A stretch of DNA of 62,036 nucleotides, filler included, from Squatina squatina (lineage: Eukaryota): assembly GCA_031763465.1 (NCBI GenBank). It is 4 parts of 4 records of this genome, joined end to end, with 100 filler letters (N's around TTAATTAATTAA, not from the genome) between each part and the next. Parts side by side here need not be neighbours in the genome. Positions count along the whole stretch, not along the records: positions 46,727 to 62,036 come from JARFOE010000100.1; 3 more parts are not named here. One strand, given 5' to 3'. Within the stretch, counting starts at the first letter, position 1. Every line of letters begins with the position of its first letter. A program made the translations under genes and the position numbers. The notes beneath the pieces are model-generated. The model had not been told where the DNA came from. It did not search any database and was given only the letters and a program-made list of their open reading frames with translations. This document shows positions 52,041-62,036 of this stretch, one piece after another.

Positions 52041-52237
52041 GAGGGATAATTTTGCAAGTTTCCAGTCTCAATGGGGAGCAGCATGTGTTGGAAATTCGTG
52101 GCATGTGCTATTCACAATCTTCTGTCCATTAATTCCAATGGACAGAAAATTTGGGCAGCACATGCCTAAATTTCCAATATGTGCTGCCAACAGGCTAGGC
52201 TGTCCGCCAAGAGCATGAACTCAGAAAATTACTGCTC
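52041..52237. mobile_element. Palindromic MITE
   Basis: Termini GAGGGATAATTTT / AAAATTACTGCTC; internal palindrome 52078-52187 centred on CCATTAATTCCAATGG. Confidence 0.7.
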
Positions 52238-54289
52238 TAGGTCTCCAAGGACAGTATTCCTACCTACATCCCCTGTATTTGATGGATAGGTTCTACATTG
52301 AATAATGCCAAAGTGAGCGGTTTTAGTAATTAAACAAAATATGAGAAAAGTAGCTTGCAATATTAACTACTGCAAATGCAACTAAAGACACTTGGATAAA
52401 TCAATAGTTTGACATTGTATTGTGCTGTTTTCCAGGAAACAAGAGATTGCGAAACCTCTCGAATTTTTCAGGCATTTGTCACATGGCTCTTTAAATGTCT
52501 GCCATGCACACTTTTTAGGGTCAAAGAAAATGAAGCAGGTATCAGTGTCACTAGTGTAAAATGGAAGGAATCTACATGTTGCTACCTAATGTGCAGTGTA
52601 ATACTGATGAAACTGTTGAGGGTAAATATTTGATTATCTCTCAAATAAAAAGCTTACTAGAATGCACTTAAGTTGCATCAATTCAGGGAACAGAATAATT
52701 AATTGGTAATTAGGTACATTTATTTAATGTACTGCAGATGTATAAGAGACCTTGTGGAAAATTAAGACAGATTAAATGACATTCAATTTAGGTCAAAGCA
52801 AGCAAGCATGTATGTATGAATGGAAACAGTAGGCATGTGGAAGGACAATCATTGTCTGTCTATCACATGCACCTGGGGAATAATTTAATCAAGTCCAGTA
52901 TTGTAATAGTCACTGCTTCAAGCTGTTTATGTTGCTTACACAAAGAGCTTGGGATATTTTACTACTTTNNNNNNNNNNNNNNNNNNNNNNNNNNNNNNNN
53001 NNNNNNNNNNNNNNNNNNNNNNNNNNNNNNNNNNNNNNNNNNNNNNNNNNNNNNNNNNNNNNNNNNNNNNNNNNNNNNNNNNNNNNNNNNNNNNNNNNNN
53101 NNNNNNNNNNNNNNNNNNNNNNNNNNNNNNNNNNNNNNNNNNNNNNNNNNNNNNNNNNNNNNNNNNNNNNNNNNNNNNNNNNNNNNNNNNNNNNNNNNNN
53201 NNNNNNNNNNNNNNNNNNNNNNNNNNNNNNNNNNNNNNNNNNNNNNNNNNNNNNNNNNNNNNNNNNNNNNNNNNNNNNNNNNNNNNNNNNNNNNNNNNNN
53301 NNNNNNNNNNNNNNNNNNNNNNNNNNNNNNNNNNNNNNNNNNNNNNNNNNNNNNNNNNNNNNNNNNNNNNNNNNNNNNNNNNNNNNNNNNNNNNNNNNNN
53401 NNNNNNNNNNNNNNNNNNNNNNNNNNNNNNNNNNNNNNNNNNNNNNNNNNNNNNNNNNNNNNNNNNNNNNNNNNNNNNNNNNNNNNNNNNNNNNNNNNNN
53501 NNNNNNNNNNNNNNNNNNNNNNNNNNNNNNNNNNNNNNNNNNNNNNNNNNNNNNNNNNNNNNNNNNNNNNNNNNNNNNNNNNNNNNNNNNNNNNNNNNNN
53601 NNNNNNNNNNNNNNNNNNNNNNNNNNNNNNNNNNNNNNNNNNNNNNNNNNNNNNNNNNNNNNNNNNNNNNNNNNNNNNNNNNNNNNNNNNNNNNNNNNNN
53701 NNNNNNNNNNNNNNNNNNNNNNNNNNNNNNNNNNNNNNNNNNNNNNNNNNNNNNNNNNNNNNNNNNNNNNNNNNNNNNNNNNNNNNNNNNNNNNNNNNNN
53801 NNNNNNNNNNNNNNNNNNNNNNNNNNNNNNNNNNNNNNNNNNNNNNNNNNNNNNNNNNNNNNNNNNNNNNNNNNNNNNNNNNNNNNNNNNNNNNNNNNNN
53901 NNNNNNNNNNNNNNNNNNNNNNNNNNNNNNNNNNNNNNNNNNNNNNNNNNNNNCTGTATATTTGTAATGATGGTAGTATTTACTGATTGACAGGAAAACT
54001 GGCTTTTTACAGAGATTGCTGGTTGTAAGCTGCTGCCACCTCCGAGCCACTTTCCAAGAGATTAAATAATTGTTGACTGAAATTTGCTGGCTTTTAAACT
54101 ATATATTAATATCAGTATATCCTATCCTCTCCTCTTTCCATTCAAAAGTTCTATGTCAGCAGTGCCTCTGGGGAATTCAATGTTAATTGTGTCAACATCT
54201 GGAGACATCTCTTTTGTCACATTTTTAATAAGATTTTCCCATTAACGTGACTGCCTGTGACACTGCAGTTCTGGCTCTGCAGAACAATT

Positions 54290-56681
54290 CCTAGTCTCTC
54301 AATTGCTCCCTGAAGTTATCACAGTAGAGTTTATTTAAGCCGGTGAATTATCAGAATTAGTGGCTCTGATATTAATCTGAAGGCACTTTATGAGCGGGGT
54401 AGGGGCACGGGTGCCGAGCGGGAATTGTGTGGGCAAAATCCGGAAGTCAATTCAGCAGGTTGGAATCTGCAATCACAACTGAATTGAAGCAATAAATTTT
54501 GAATTCTGGGTTTCACGTTTCCAAGCTGTGCAATGGGGGCAATGTGCACCCATATGATGCAATCTCTGCTGGGTATTTAAAGGGGCAATGCACAATTGGA
54601 AATTGGAGGAACTCCGAGGTGTTTATGATGAATGCTGCACATGGAGCAAAGAAGCACCCAGGTCTAATGATGCATCACCGGAATTACTGCTGGAAGCAGT
54701 CAGGAGCAGGAGGGACATACTTTTCCCCAGCAATGGGAGGCAGAAACCTGCTGCTCTCACCAAGATGTGGTCGGAGGTAACTGAGGAGCTGAGCAGCAGG
54801 AGCATCGTGCCCCGGTCTTGGATACGGTGCGATTTTAATGACCTAACCAGATCAGGAAAACTCAGTACATTTCGCTGATTCACCTACATCCTGTACTTTA
54901 AACCTCCACCCGCCTTTCATTCTGTCTTGCCAAGCATACTCCATCACTTCACTCCTCGCACCTGCTCAACTTCCAGAAGCTAACTTTCTATGCACTTCAG
55001 CACTTTCCCATTTATCCATCAACCATTGACACTTTTTCCAATCCTAATGCAATGTGATGTATCTGTCTCTCAGTCACCCTCATCAAATGCATTGCATCCA
55101 TTGAGTGNNNNNNNNNNNNNNNNNNNNNNNNNNNNNNNNNNNNNNNNNNNNNNNNNNNNNNNNNNNNNNNNNNNNNNNNNNNNNNNNNNNNNNNNNNNNN
55201 NNNNNNNGTAAGCATACACCATCGCATCACTGCACACACCTACTCAACTATCAGCAGCACCAAGCCTTCACTTTCTATGCACTTCATCACTTCCCCATTT
55301 ATCCATTTACCGTTGACACTCACCCCAATCCTTATGCAGTGTGATGCATATGTCCCATAGTCACCCTCACTGAATGCACTCCATCCATCGGGTGAGCACC
55401 TGATCTTCACTCACTCACAGGTCTGTTTATTCTCCCCTTATGGGAGAAAAGACAGCAAAACGTAATTCAGTAGAAGAGGACTGGAAGTGGGCTGCCACAA
55501 ATAGTCCAGCTCACATATGCAGAGGAGGACGCCTTGGAGGTAAGTGGCACATCTGCATCCCTCTCCATCAGAAATGGAGAGACAGGGGTCTCTCAGATAG
55601 CTGATGACAGAATTACAAATATCTCTGGCACACATATGCTGACTTCATTTCATTGATGACTGAACTATGAGAAGACTGAGTATGGTCATGATCGTGACTT
55701 TGTCACGGCTAATTCATATCCCTTTGTTTTGTTTTCCCGGGCCTTCACATGTACAGCAAGTGTCGCTGGACATGCAAGAGGATGCTTCATCTGAGGACCT
55801 CATTCCCCTGAGGGTGCACCATCACAGGACGTATAGTCATGCATCAGTGCAGATTCTCGCACTTCAGTGGGTCCAGTTAGACAGTTAGTTGAGTTTTCAA
55901 CCGGTGATTCACAACTTACAAGTGAGCATGAGCAGACTCTGGTGGTAGTGACAGCTATGAAGAGTCTGCGTTAGAGGGCGCAATCCTCTCCAAACTCTGC
56001 TCAGCTGGGCACAGATGCTGAGCCCTGGGGCTCTCATTGAAAAGTATCATGCAAGATGCGCACCTCCCCCCTGCGCACCTCCCTCCTGTGCACCTCCCTC
56101 CTGTGCACCTGTTTACCTTGCACCACAGCACCTCGTTGCTGCCATGGATGGTGATGGTCTTCCCCTTCTGATGTGCTGTCATCAACAGCCAAGGCGCCTC
56201 CCACCGGCAGGTGTCTGTTTGAAAGCCTCCGATATTCTTCACTACCTGCATGTGACAAGAACTCTCTGCTAAACATTTGCCAGAGAGAACAGACAAAGTA
56301 GTTGTAAGAACTAAGTTGAGGGTACCTTAAGTTGTTAGACCCCCATGAAGTGTACCTGAAACTCGCCTCCTTTTTACTGGTAGTTTCCCGAGCCCGGAAA
56401 CCCATGTTGGAGGCAGTAAATCGAAAGGAAATTCGAATTCCTGTGAAAAAGCCCTCATTTGCATCCAAGTTTCAGTTTAATGATGTCTTCATTTCCCACC
56501 ACCAGTGCTAATGATCACGTTGACTTCAACTAACAGGTTGTTTACATGCAGCCAAACGCACTTCAGTAAAACCCAGAAGTCGGCACATTGGAGTCGTGTT
56601 GCGGACGTGATTTTTTTGCCAAATTTTAATAAGCATCTGCTCCGAACCCACCCGTTCATGACTGTTAAAATTTCCCCGCCC
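54290..56681. mobile_element. Internally deleted two-gene PIF/Harbinger element in an ITGA4 intron (left boundary approximate)
   Basis: Plus-strand Myb/SANT relic at about 54640-54860 (APRSNDASPELLLEAVRSRRDILFP...WSEV...FNDLTR), second-exon relic at about 55443-55545 (KRTGSGLP...LTYAEEDAL), a minus-strand transposase-like N-terminus near 56205, and right terminus AAAATTTCCCCGCCC. Confidence 0.65.
56057..56110. repeat. 15-bp tandem repeat, about 3.6 copies
   Basis: TGYGCACCTCCCYCC units inside the Harbinger relic. Confidence 0.85.
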
Positions 56682-57159
56682 TCTTTATCTCTGTTTGGTA
56701 CGAGCATGTGATGCTATTAACCACTACCGAGATCATCTGCTTCCAACACTATCTTCCTTTGCAAACTTTCTCGTTCTGTTAGAAGTATATACCAGATCTG
56801 TCTGGCTTTTCTAAATAGATCATGAGTGATCAGGGTTCTTTGAGGGGAAGTGCTGACCTGCACATTTGCTCATATTAGCCAAGGATGATGAAATGAGACA
56901 GAAGTAATTTATGTGAGGATATATAAGGGTGAGGCTTGGTAGCTTGACATACCTAGGCTAGAGGTAAGAACTGAAGGGTTGGGTTATTTCAGTATGTATT
57001 GTCTGTTTGCTTATTATAGTTAATATTTGAAAGAAAAATAGTCGACCGCTGATACCAGAGTCTGGTTCTGATGATTATCTGAGATGTCAAGACGATGTCT
57101 TACACTTGGGTGTACAGCATCACATGGGCGGACTCCATATGGGAAAATAGGGTGTGAAA

Positions 57160-57352
57160 TAAAAGAAAAGAAATACTTGCATTTATATAGCAAATTGTAT
57201 GACCACCGGACGTCTCAAAGCGCTTTACAGTCAATAAAGTACTTTTGGAGTGTAGTCACTGTTGTAATGTGAGAAACGCAGCAGCCAATTTGCGTGTAGC
57301 GAGCTCTCACAAACAGCAATGTGATAATGACCAGATAATCTGTTTTTGTCTT
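57160..57352 (-). mobile_element. SacSINE1-like SINE, 3' fragment
   Basis: acttgcatttatatagc...cggacgtctcaaagcgctttacagtcaat...gtgataatgaccagataatctg. Confidence 0.78.
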
Positions 57353-58060
57353 GTTAATAGAGACATAGAAACATAGAAAATAGAAGCAGGAGTAGGCCGT
57401 TCNNNNNNNNNNNNNNNNNNNNNNNNNNNNNNNNNNNNNNNNNNNNNNNNNNNNNNNNNNNNNNNNNNNNNNNNNNNNNNNNNNNNNNNNNNNNNNNNNN
57501 NNTATCATTTGCAGTTGCCCTAAAACCTAACTGTTATTTTTTCACCTGCTTCTTGTCTATGTGCCAGATTTCTTCCCAAAGGTGTTCTGTGACTAATGTG
57601 CTGGTTAAAAGCCAGGATATCTTACAAATGTCTTGTTTTTCTGGCAGGAAAACAGTCACGATACATCAGTCTATGTGCATATATTGAAACCTGTGATTTT
57701 ACTTCAAATAGCAAATGCAAGATAAAGATCACAGTATTGAAATCAGGAGTATAAAAACATTATCTTTAGCTGATCATTTTCAACTCAAGCATCTTTCTTG
57801 TTGATCTGGGTCTGGATTGTTGTAGACTTTTGGGATTGCACATAAGAAGGACGTGATTGGGATAATAATTACCTCACAACTTTGTTATATATCATCTATC
57901 CATATAGTACAAAAATCCACAGTGGTTAGAATAAAAGGATAATTTTACTGCTTTACATTCCTAGCAGAGAGTCTGGTGAGAACTTGTATGGCATGGTCAG
58001 AAAATCTTTTGCAATGTGATCTTTATATAACAATATCGATTTAATGGTTTTGTTTCCTAG

Positions 58061-58211
58061 GCTCCATGTAAACAAATCTTATCTAGCAGTTCAGGAGGTG
58101 AAGAGGATCATCCTGAATGTATCTTTGTTCAATGCAGGAGATGATGCATACTCAACCACTCTTAATATTAAATTCTCCAAGGACTTGTATCTTATCAAAA
58201 TGGTTGAAGTG
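58061..58211 (+). CDS. ITGA4: Integrin alpha-4 exon, calf-1 domain
   Basis: tcctag| ... |gtaagt, 151 nt. Translates LHVNKSYLAVQEVKRIILNVSLFNAGDDAYSTTLNIKFSKDLYLIKMVEV; LNVSLFNAGDDAY is as in alpha-4. Confidence 0.92.
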
Positions 58212-58331
58212 GTAAGTACAATGTGTGTTGACAAAATGTAAGTTTGTGAATGACATTTAATCAATCTAACTCGGCCTCTGAGTGATCGTACTTTGATCAG
58301 AGGATGTCCTAACATAGGCCTGTGTAGTAAT

Positions 58332-58575
58332 ATAGAAACATAGAAAATAGGAGCAGGATTAGGCCATTCAACCCTTCGAGCCTGCTCCGCCATTCAATGA
58401 GATCATGGCTCATCATCCAAATGCAGTAACCTATTCCCGCTTTTTCCCCATATTCCTTGATCCCTTTAGCCCTAAGAACTATATCTAACTCCCTCTTTAA
58501 TATATTCAATGAGTTGGCCTCAACTACCCTCTGTGGAAGAGAATTCCACAGGTTCACCACTCTCTGGGTGAGGAG
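58332..58575 (-). mobile_element. CR1 LINE 3' end
   Basis: TQRVVNLWNSLPQRVVEANSLNILKRELD; terminal 8-bp repeat atagaaacatagaaa. Confidence 0.83.
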
Positions 58576-58675
58576 NNNNNNNNNNNNNNNNNNNNNNNNN
58601 NNNNNNNNNNNNNNNNNNNNNNNNNNNNNNNNNNNNNNNNNNNNNNNNNNNNNNNNNNNNNNNNNNNNNNNNNNN

Positions 58676-58873
58676 TGAGCGCTACCCATCACCACCGATA
58701 CGGGCAGGCTCAACAGGATCCTGAGCGCTACCCATCACCACCGATACGGGCATGGTCAACAGGATCCTGAGCGCTACCCATCACCACCAATACGGGCATG
58801 GTCAACAGGATCCTGAGTGCTATCCATCGCCACCGGTACGGATATGGTCAACAGGATCCTGAGAGCTATCCAT
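58676..58873. repeat. Minisatellite, 46-bp unit, at least 4.3 copies, abutting a gap
   Basis: Unit TGAGCGCTACCCATCACCACCGATACGGGCATGGTCAACAGGATCC. Confidence 0.92.
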
Positions 58874-59807
58874 GTGTTTGGGAACTTGCTTTTGAAACTT
58901 GATGTTTGCTCCTCTTGAGCACTACATTCCATTGCAAGCAAACTTTGGAGATAGCCAAGTTCTCCTCAAAAGTCGACGCCGTTAATGTCAGACCCTCTTA
59001 GCCACGGTGCCCTGGGCGGTTCACCCATAAGGCCGGCCCTGCCTCAGTCCAATCTAGACCAAACAGAAGGGATTAAAGTCTTCCCCCTCTCTCTCTCTCA
59101 CTCAGCTGTTGTCCTATATATAAAATGAGGTTGACTGCTCTTAACCAATTTCACAGAGGTCATGGTCTCATAATGCAAAATTGCATACAGTTTGACATCA
59201 AATCTTAATCCCATTCAGAAAGACCAGAGGATTTTGATGTAAAAATGAAATATTCTCACTGATGCAACAAGGATGTTAGGTTTTTGGTAAATATTTGGAG
59301 AGATGAAAAGGAACTTGATTCTATATCTGCCCCCGAACTGAGAAGACTTGATGCTTAAAGTAGGTGGCAAAACAAAATGATGAGCACCTTGTCTAAAAAA
59401 AAACAAATTGAAACAGCGAAAATAAACACCCGTGTTATGATACGTAAAAATATATTGTATAAATACAAAGATGATGAGTTTTAGCAAAACATTTTAATGA
59501 CTGCAAATAATTAAAACCACATACACGTTTAACATTGCCTGCTGTGATTAGATGTCAAATGTTTTCAGTTGCCTGCCAATATATAAAAAATGTAACCACA
59601 GTTTATATCAACTATTATGGAATGTTATGTAGTTAGAAATACATTCTATAATGTGAACAAACTGCTGTTTAAAAGAAACCTGTGGCACATTCTTACATTA
59701 GTCATTGCTTGTATAAAGTAAACTTTGATGTTGACCTTTCTACTTTTAATCTAGCTGTCAGTGTGAAGTGCACATTCAAATTTATTCTTTTGGTGTTTGT
59801 CACCCAG

Positions 59808-59887
59808 GTGGGATTAAGTTTTGTCCTGGATACCAGCAAGCTTACCAAAGCAGAGGAAGACATTGTCATCACTGTTAATGCGACTTG
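59808..59887 (+). CDS. ITGA4: Integrin alpha-4 exon, calf-1 domain
   Basis: acccag| ... |gtaagc, 80 nt. Translates VGLSFVLDTSKLTKAEEDIVITVNAT(C). Confidence 0.88.
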
Positions 59888-60249
59888 GTAAGCATTTTAT
59901 AAATTTTTTTTAAAAGTGCTGTGTTAAGGAAAAAGACACACTGCTTGGTGAAATGCAGAGGTTAGGGAAGACTGTTGTTGTGCATCATTAAGTCCTTGCA
60001 GGGAAGCACATTTATTATATGGCCTGTAGAGAAACAATGTGGACAAGAGATGCTTTATTGAGGATAGGAGCAAAAAGATAACAGTTTAAGTAATGAGAAT
60101 GAATTTGTGCAGGCACTGTTTGTTACAGCTGCGAATGTTATTTCAACAGGCCACTGGGCATGTGTAAGCTAATTATCACTTGCTTTCTAGATCAATATAC
60201 TCCACTTCACACATCTAAAGTTGTATACTTCCTGTGTTTACCCCTGCAG

Positions 60250-60339
60250 TGAAAACGAACAAAGTCTGGATTTACTTCATGATAATTTTGTCACTCTAGA
60301 TTTACCCTTAAAATATGAGGTTAATGTTGCAGTCCACGG
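60250..60339 (+). CDS. ITGA4: Integrin alpha-4 exon, calf-1/calf-2 junction
   Basis: ctgcag| ... |gtaagt, 90 nt; completes the TG|T Cys codon from the previous exon. Translates ENEQSLDLLHDNFVTLDLPLKYEVNVAVHG. Confidence 0.88.
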
Positions 60340-62036
60340 GTAAGTAATCTATCATCTATAATAAATGATCAACATTGTGATAATTTTGTGATGCATGTTT
60401 TGGGTGATATAAATCATTATTGCAGAGTGTAATCTTTAATTTTAAAAATAAATTGTGAGCATACAAAGAAAATATGTGACCACACTAGTGAAACTGCTTA
60501 TAATAGCATCTAACCATTCTGGATCCTAATGGTTACTATTTCTGCTGCATACACTAATTCTGATTTTTTTTTTAATTGTGGGGGGAAAAAAAGGTCAAGC
60601 ACAACGACACATTAAATTCAGGATGTAGTCATGGATTATCTTAACTGCTTGGAGCAGCTTTGGTTTATAAGCAGAATTGCTTAAAAACCAGATGAGATGC
60701 AGGAATAAAACACAATTAAATGGCATTCATTATATGCCCTAATAACTATCATCAAACATTTATTTTGAGTGGTGCAATGCTAGGGAGTAACCCTTTGGCT
60801 TAGTGGTAGCATTCCCGCCTCGGAGTCAGATATTAAAGGGTTCAAGCCCAACTCCATAATCTGCAACTTACATCGGAATTCTGACCTTACATTGGAGAGT
60901 TTGCAGAAACTTGTACGCCCCACTTGGGGCCCTGGCCCTGCTTTTAGCCTGGACTCCTGAAGATGGAGAATCCTTACAAAGGCCTCTGAGGGAGCACCTC
61001 CCTGAGCTCTTTATCAGACTCGCCCCCATCTACCCTGGACCCGGCATTCACCAGATTTTCCAGCTACTTGAGGCTTGGGGACACCCCAAATGCACGTCTG
61101 GTGGTGCTGCTGCCAACCATGGATAGACTAATGAGGGAACATCTCCNNNNNNNNNNNNNNNNNNNNNNNNNNNNNNNNNNNNNNNNNNNNNNNNNNNNNN
61201 NNNNNNNNNNNNNNNNNNNNNNNNNNNNNNNNNNNNNNNNNNNNNNCCCCGCCCCCTCCTCTAACCTCACTTGACCTGAAGACTCGCTGTCTGCGATCCC
61301 ATGGAAGATCAACTAGTAGGGAAAAGAAATGGGAATGCAACATCATGTGAATGGAAGCATGACTCAGCTGCAAGTTTAGACCACTATTTTAAGAGACCCA
61401 ACACACTGGAAGTGATCAGCATTTCAGCAAATTTAATTATTAGGTAGGAATATGTAGTTTAATTTTTGTTAGGCAATTATAGCATAAAAGAATTTAACCT
61501 TGAGAGGTATTCAAAATAATTCAGATTTTCAAATGAAGTAGTTGGCCCCGAGCTTAATATCCTACTGTTTAGAATGCCTACTCAAATTGTATTCTGAAGC
61601 TCCTAGGTTAAAAAAAGTCGGAAGTCTAAACCCTGAAGTGTTGTGGGATTCGACAAGAAAATCAGAACAAACTGATAAATTAAGGGGAATTGCTTAGAAA
61701 AATGTGTGTACNNNNNNNNNNCCACTTCTCCCTCTAGTGGAAGGAAGACTAATAAGAATTAATAATCAATTAATAAACTAGTGGAAGTCAAAATAAATTT
61801 TGCTGTTTGTACCAAAGTCACTGAAGAAATTTAGAAAGTAATCAGTAAACCAAATTCAATAGTTTATACCAAACACACAATCCTTCCACACACTGTGTAA
61901 TGTGGAAATCCAAAAATTGGAAGCAAAGGATTTAAAAATAAAATAGATCACTACACAGTAAACTTTTTTTTAAGAATTCAATTTCTCATCTACATTTTGT
62001 TTGTAAAGCTTCATTCTCTTAACCTCAAAATACAAC

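Noticed and set aside
52816-54050. Long ORFs in the supplied track (also near 21400-22200, 32200-33000 and 37800-38650)
   Set aside because: They are open only because they run through N gaps.
56819-56878. SADLHI peptide resembling the ITGA4 genu-region exon (CSADL)
   Set aside because: It lacks the two cysteines, ends in an in-frame stop and has no suitable donor.
58676-58873. CRISPR-like appearance of the 46-bp array (and the 44-bp array at 19111)
   Set aside because: Head-to-tail units with no unique spacers, no cas genes, and a vertebrate intron context.
60795-60860. tRNA-like A and B boxes (also at 8283, 14150 and minus strand 5046-5090)
   Set aside because: These are SINE/LINE heads without a complete cloverleaf, not tRNA genes.

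Overview
Eukaryotic draft-genome DNA, almost certainly from a cartilaginous fish (shark-type SacSINE1/DeuSINE, CR1, L2, RTE, Penelope and Harbinger repeats). It is not one locus: three artificial 100-nt linkers (44 N + TTAATTAATTAA + 44 N at 13590-13689, 27650-27749, 46627-46726) join four unrelated gappy scaffolds. Scaffold 1 (1-13589) is mostly repeats plus one unidentified candidate terminal exon. Scaffold 2 (13690-27649) has five + strand exons of a delta-type ionotropic glutamate receptor. It is GluD2-like but divergent, has some GluD1-like residues and an Ala-to-Glu change at a ligand-pocket position, so it may be a third GluD paralog; this is the most interesting signal here. Scaffold 3 (27750-46626) has three kinase-domain exons and the terminal exon of GRK5. 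Scaffold 4 (46727-62036) has five exons of integrin alpha-4. Non-coding space holds many PIF/Harbinger relics (transposase and Myb/SANT pseudogenes, MITE-like derivatives), a Penelope-type minimal hammerhead ribozyme relic and two minisatellites. No rRNA, tRNA or CRISPR array is supported. Comparisons to human proteins and repeat consensuses are from memory, not from a database search.
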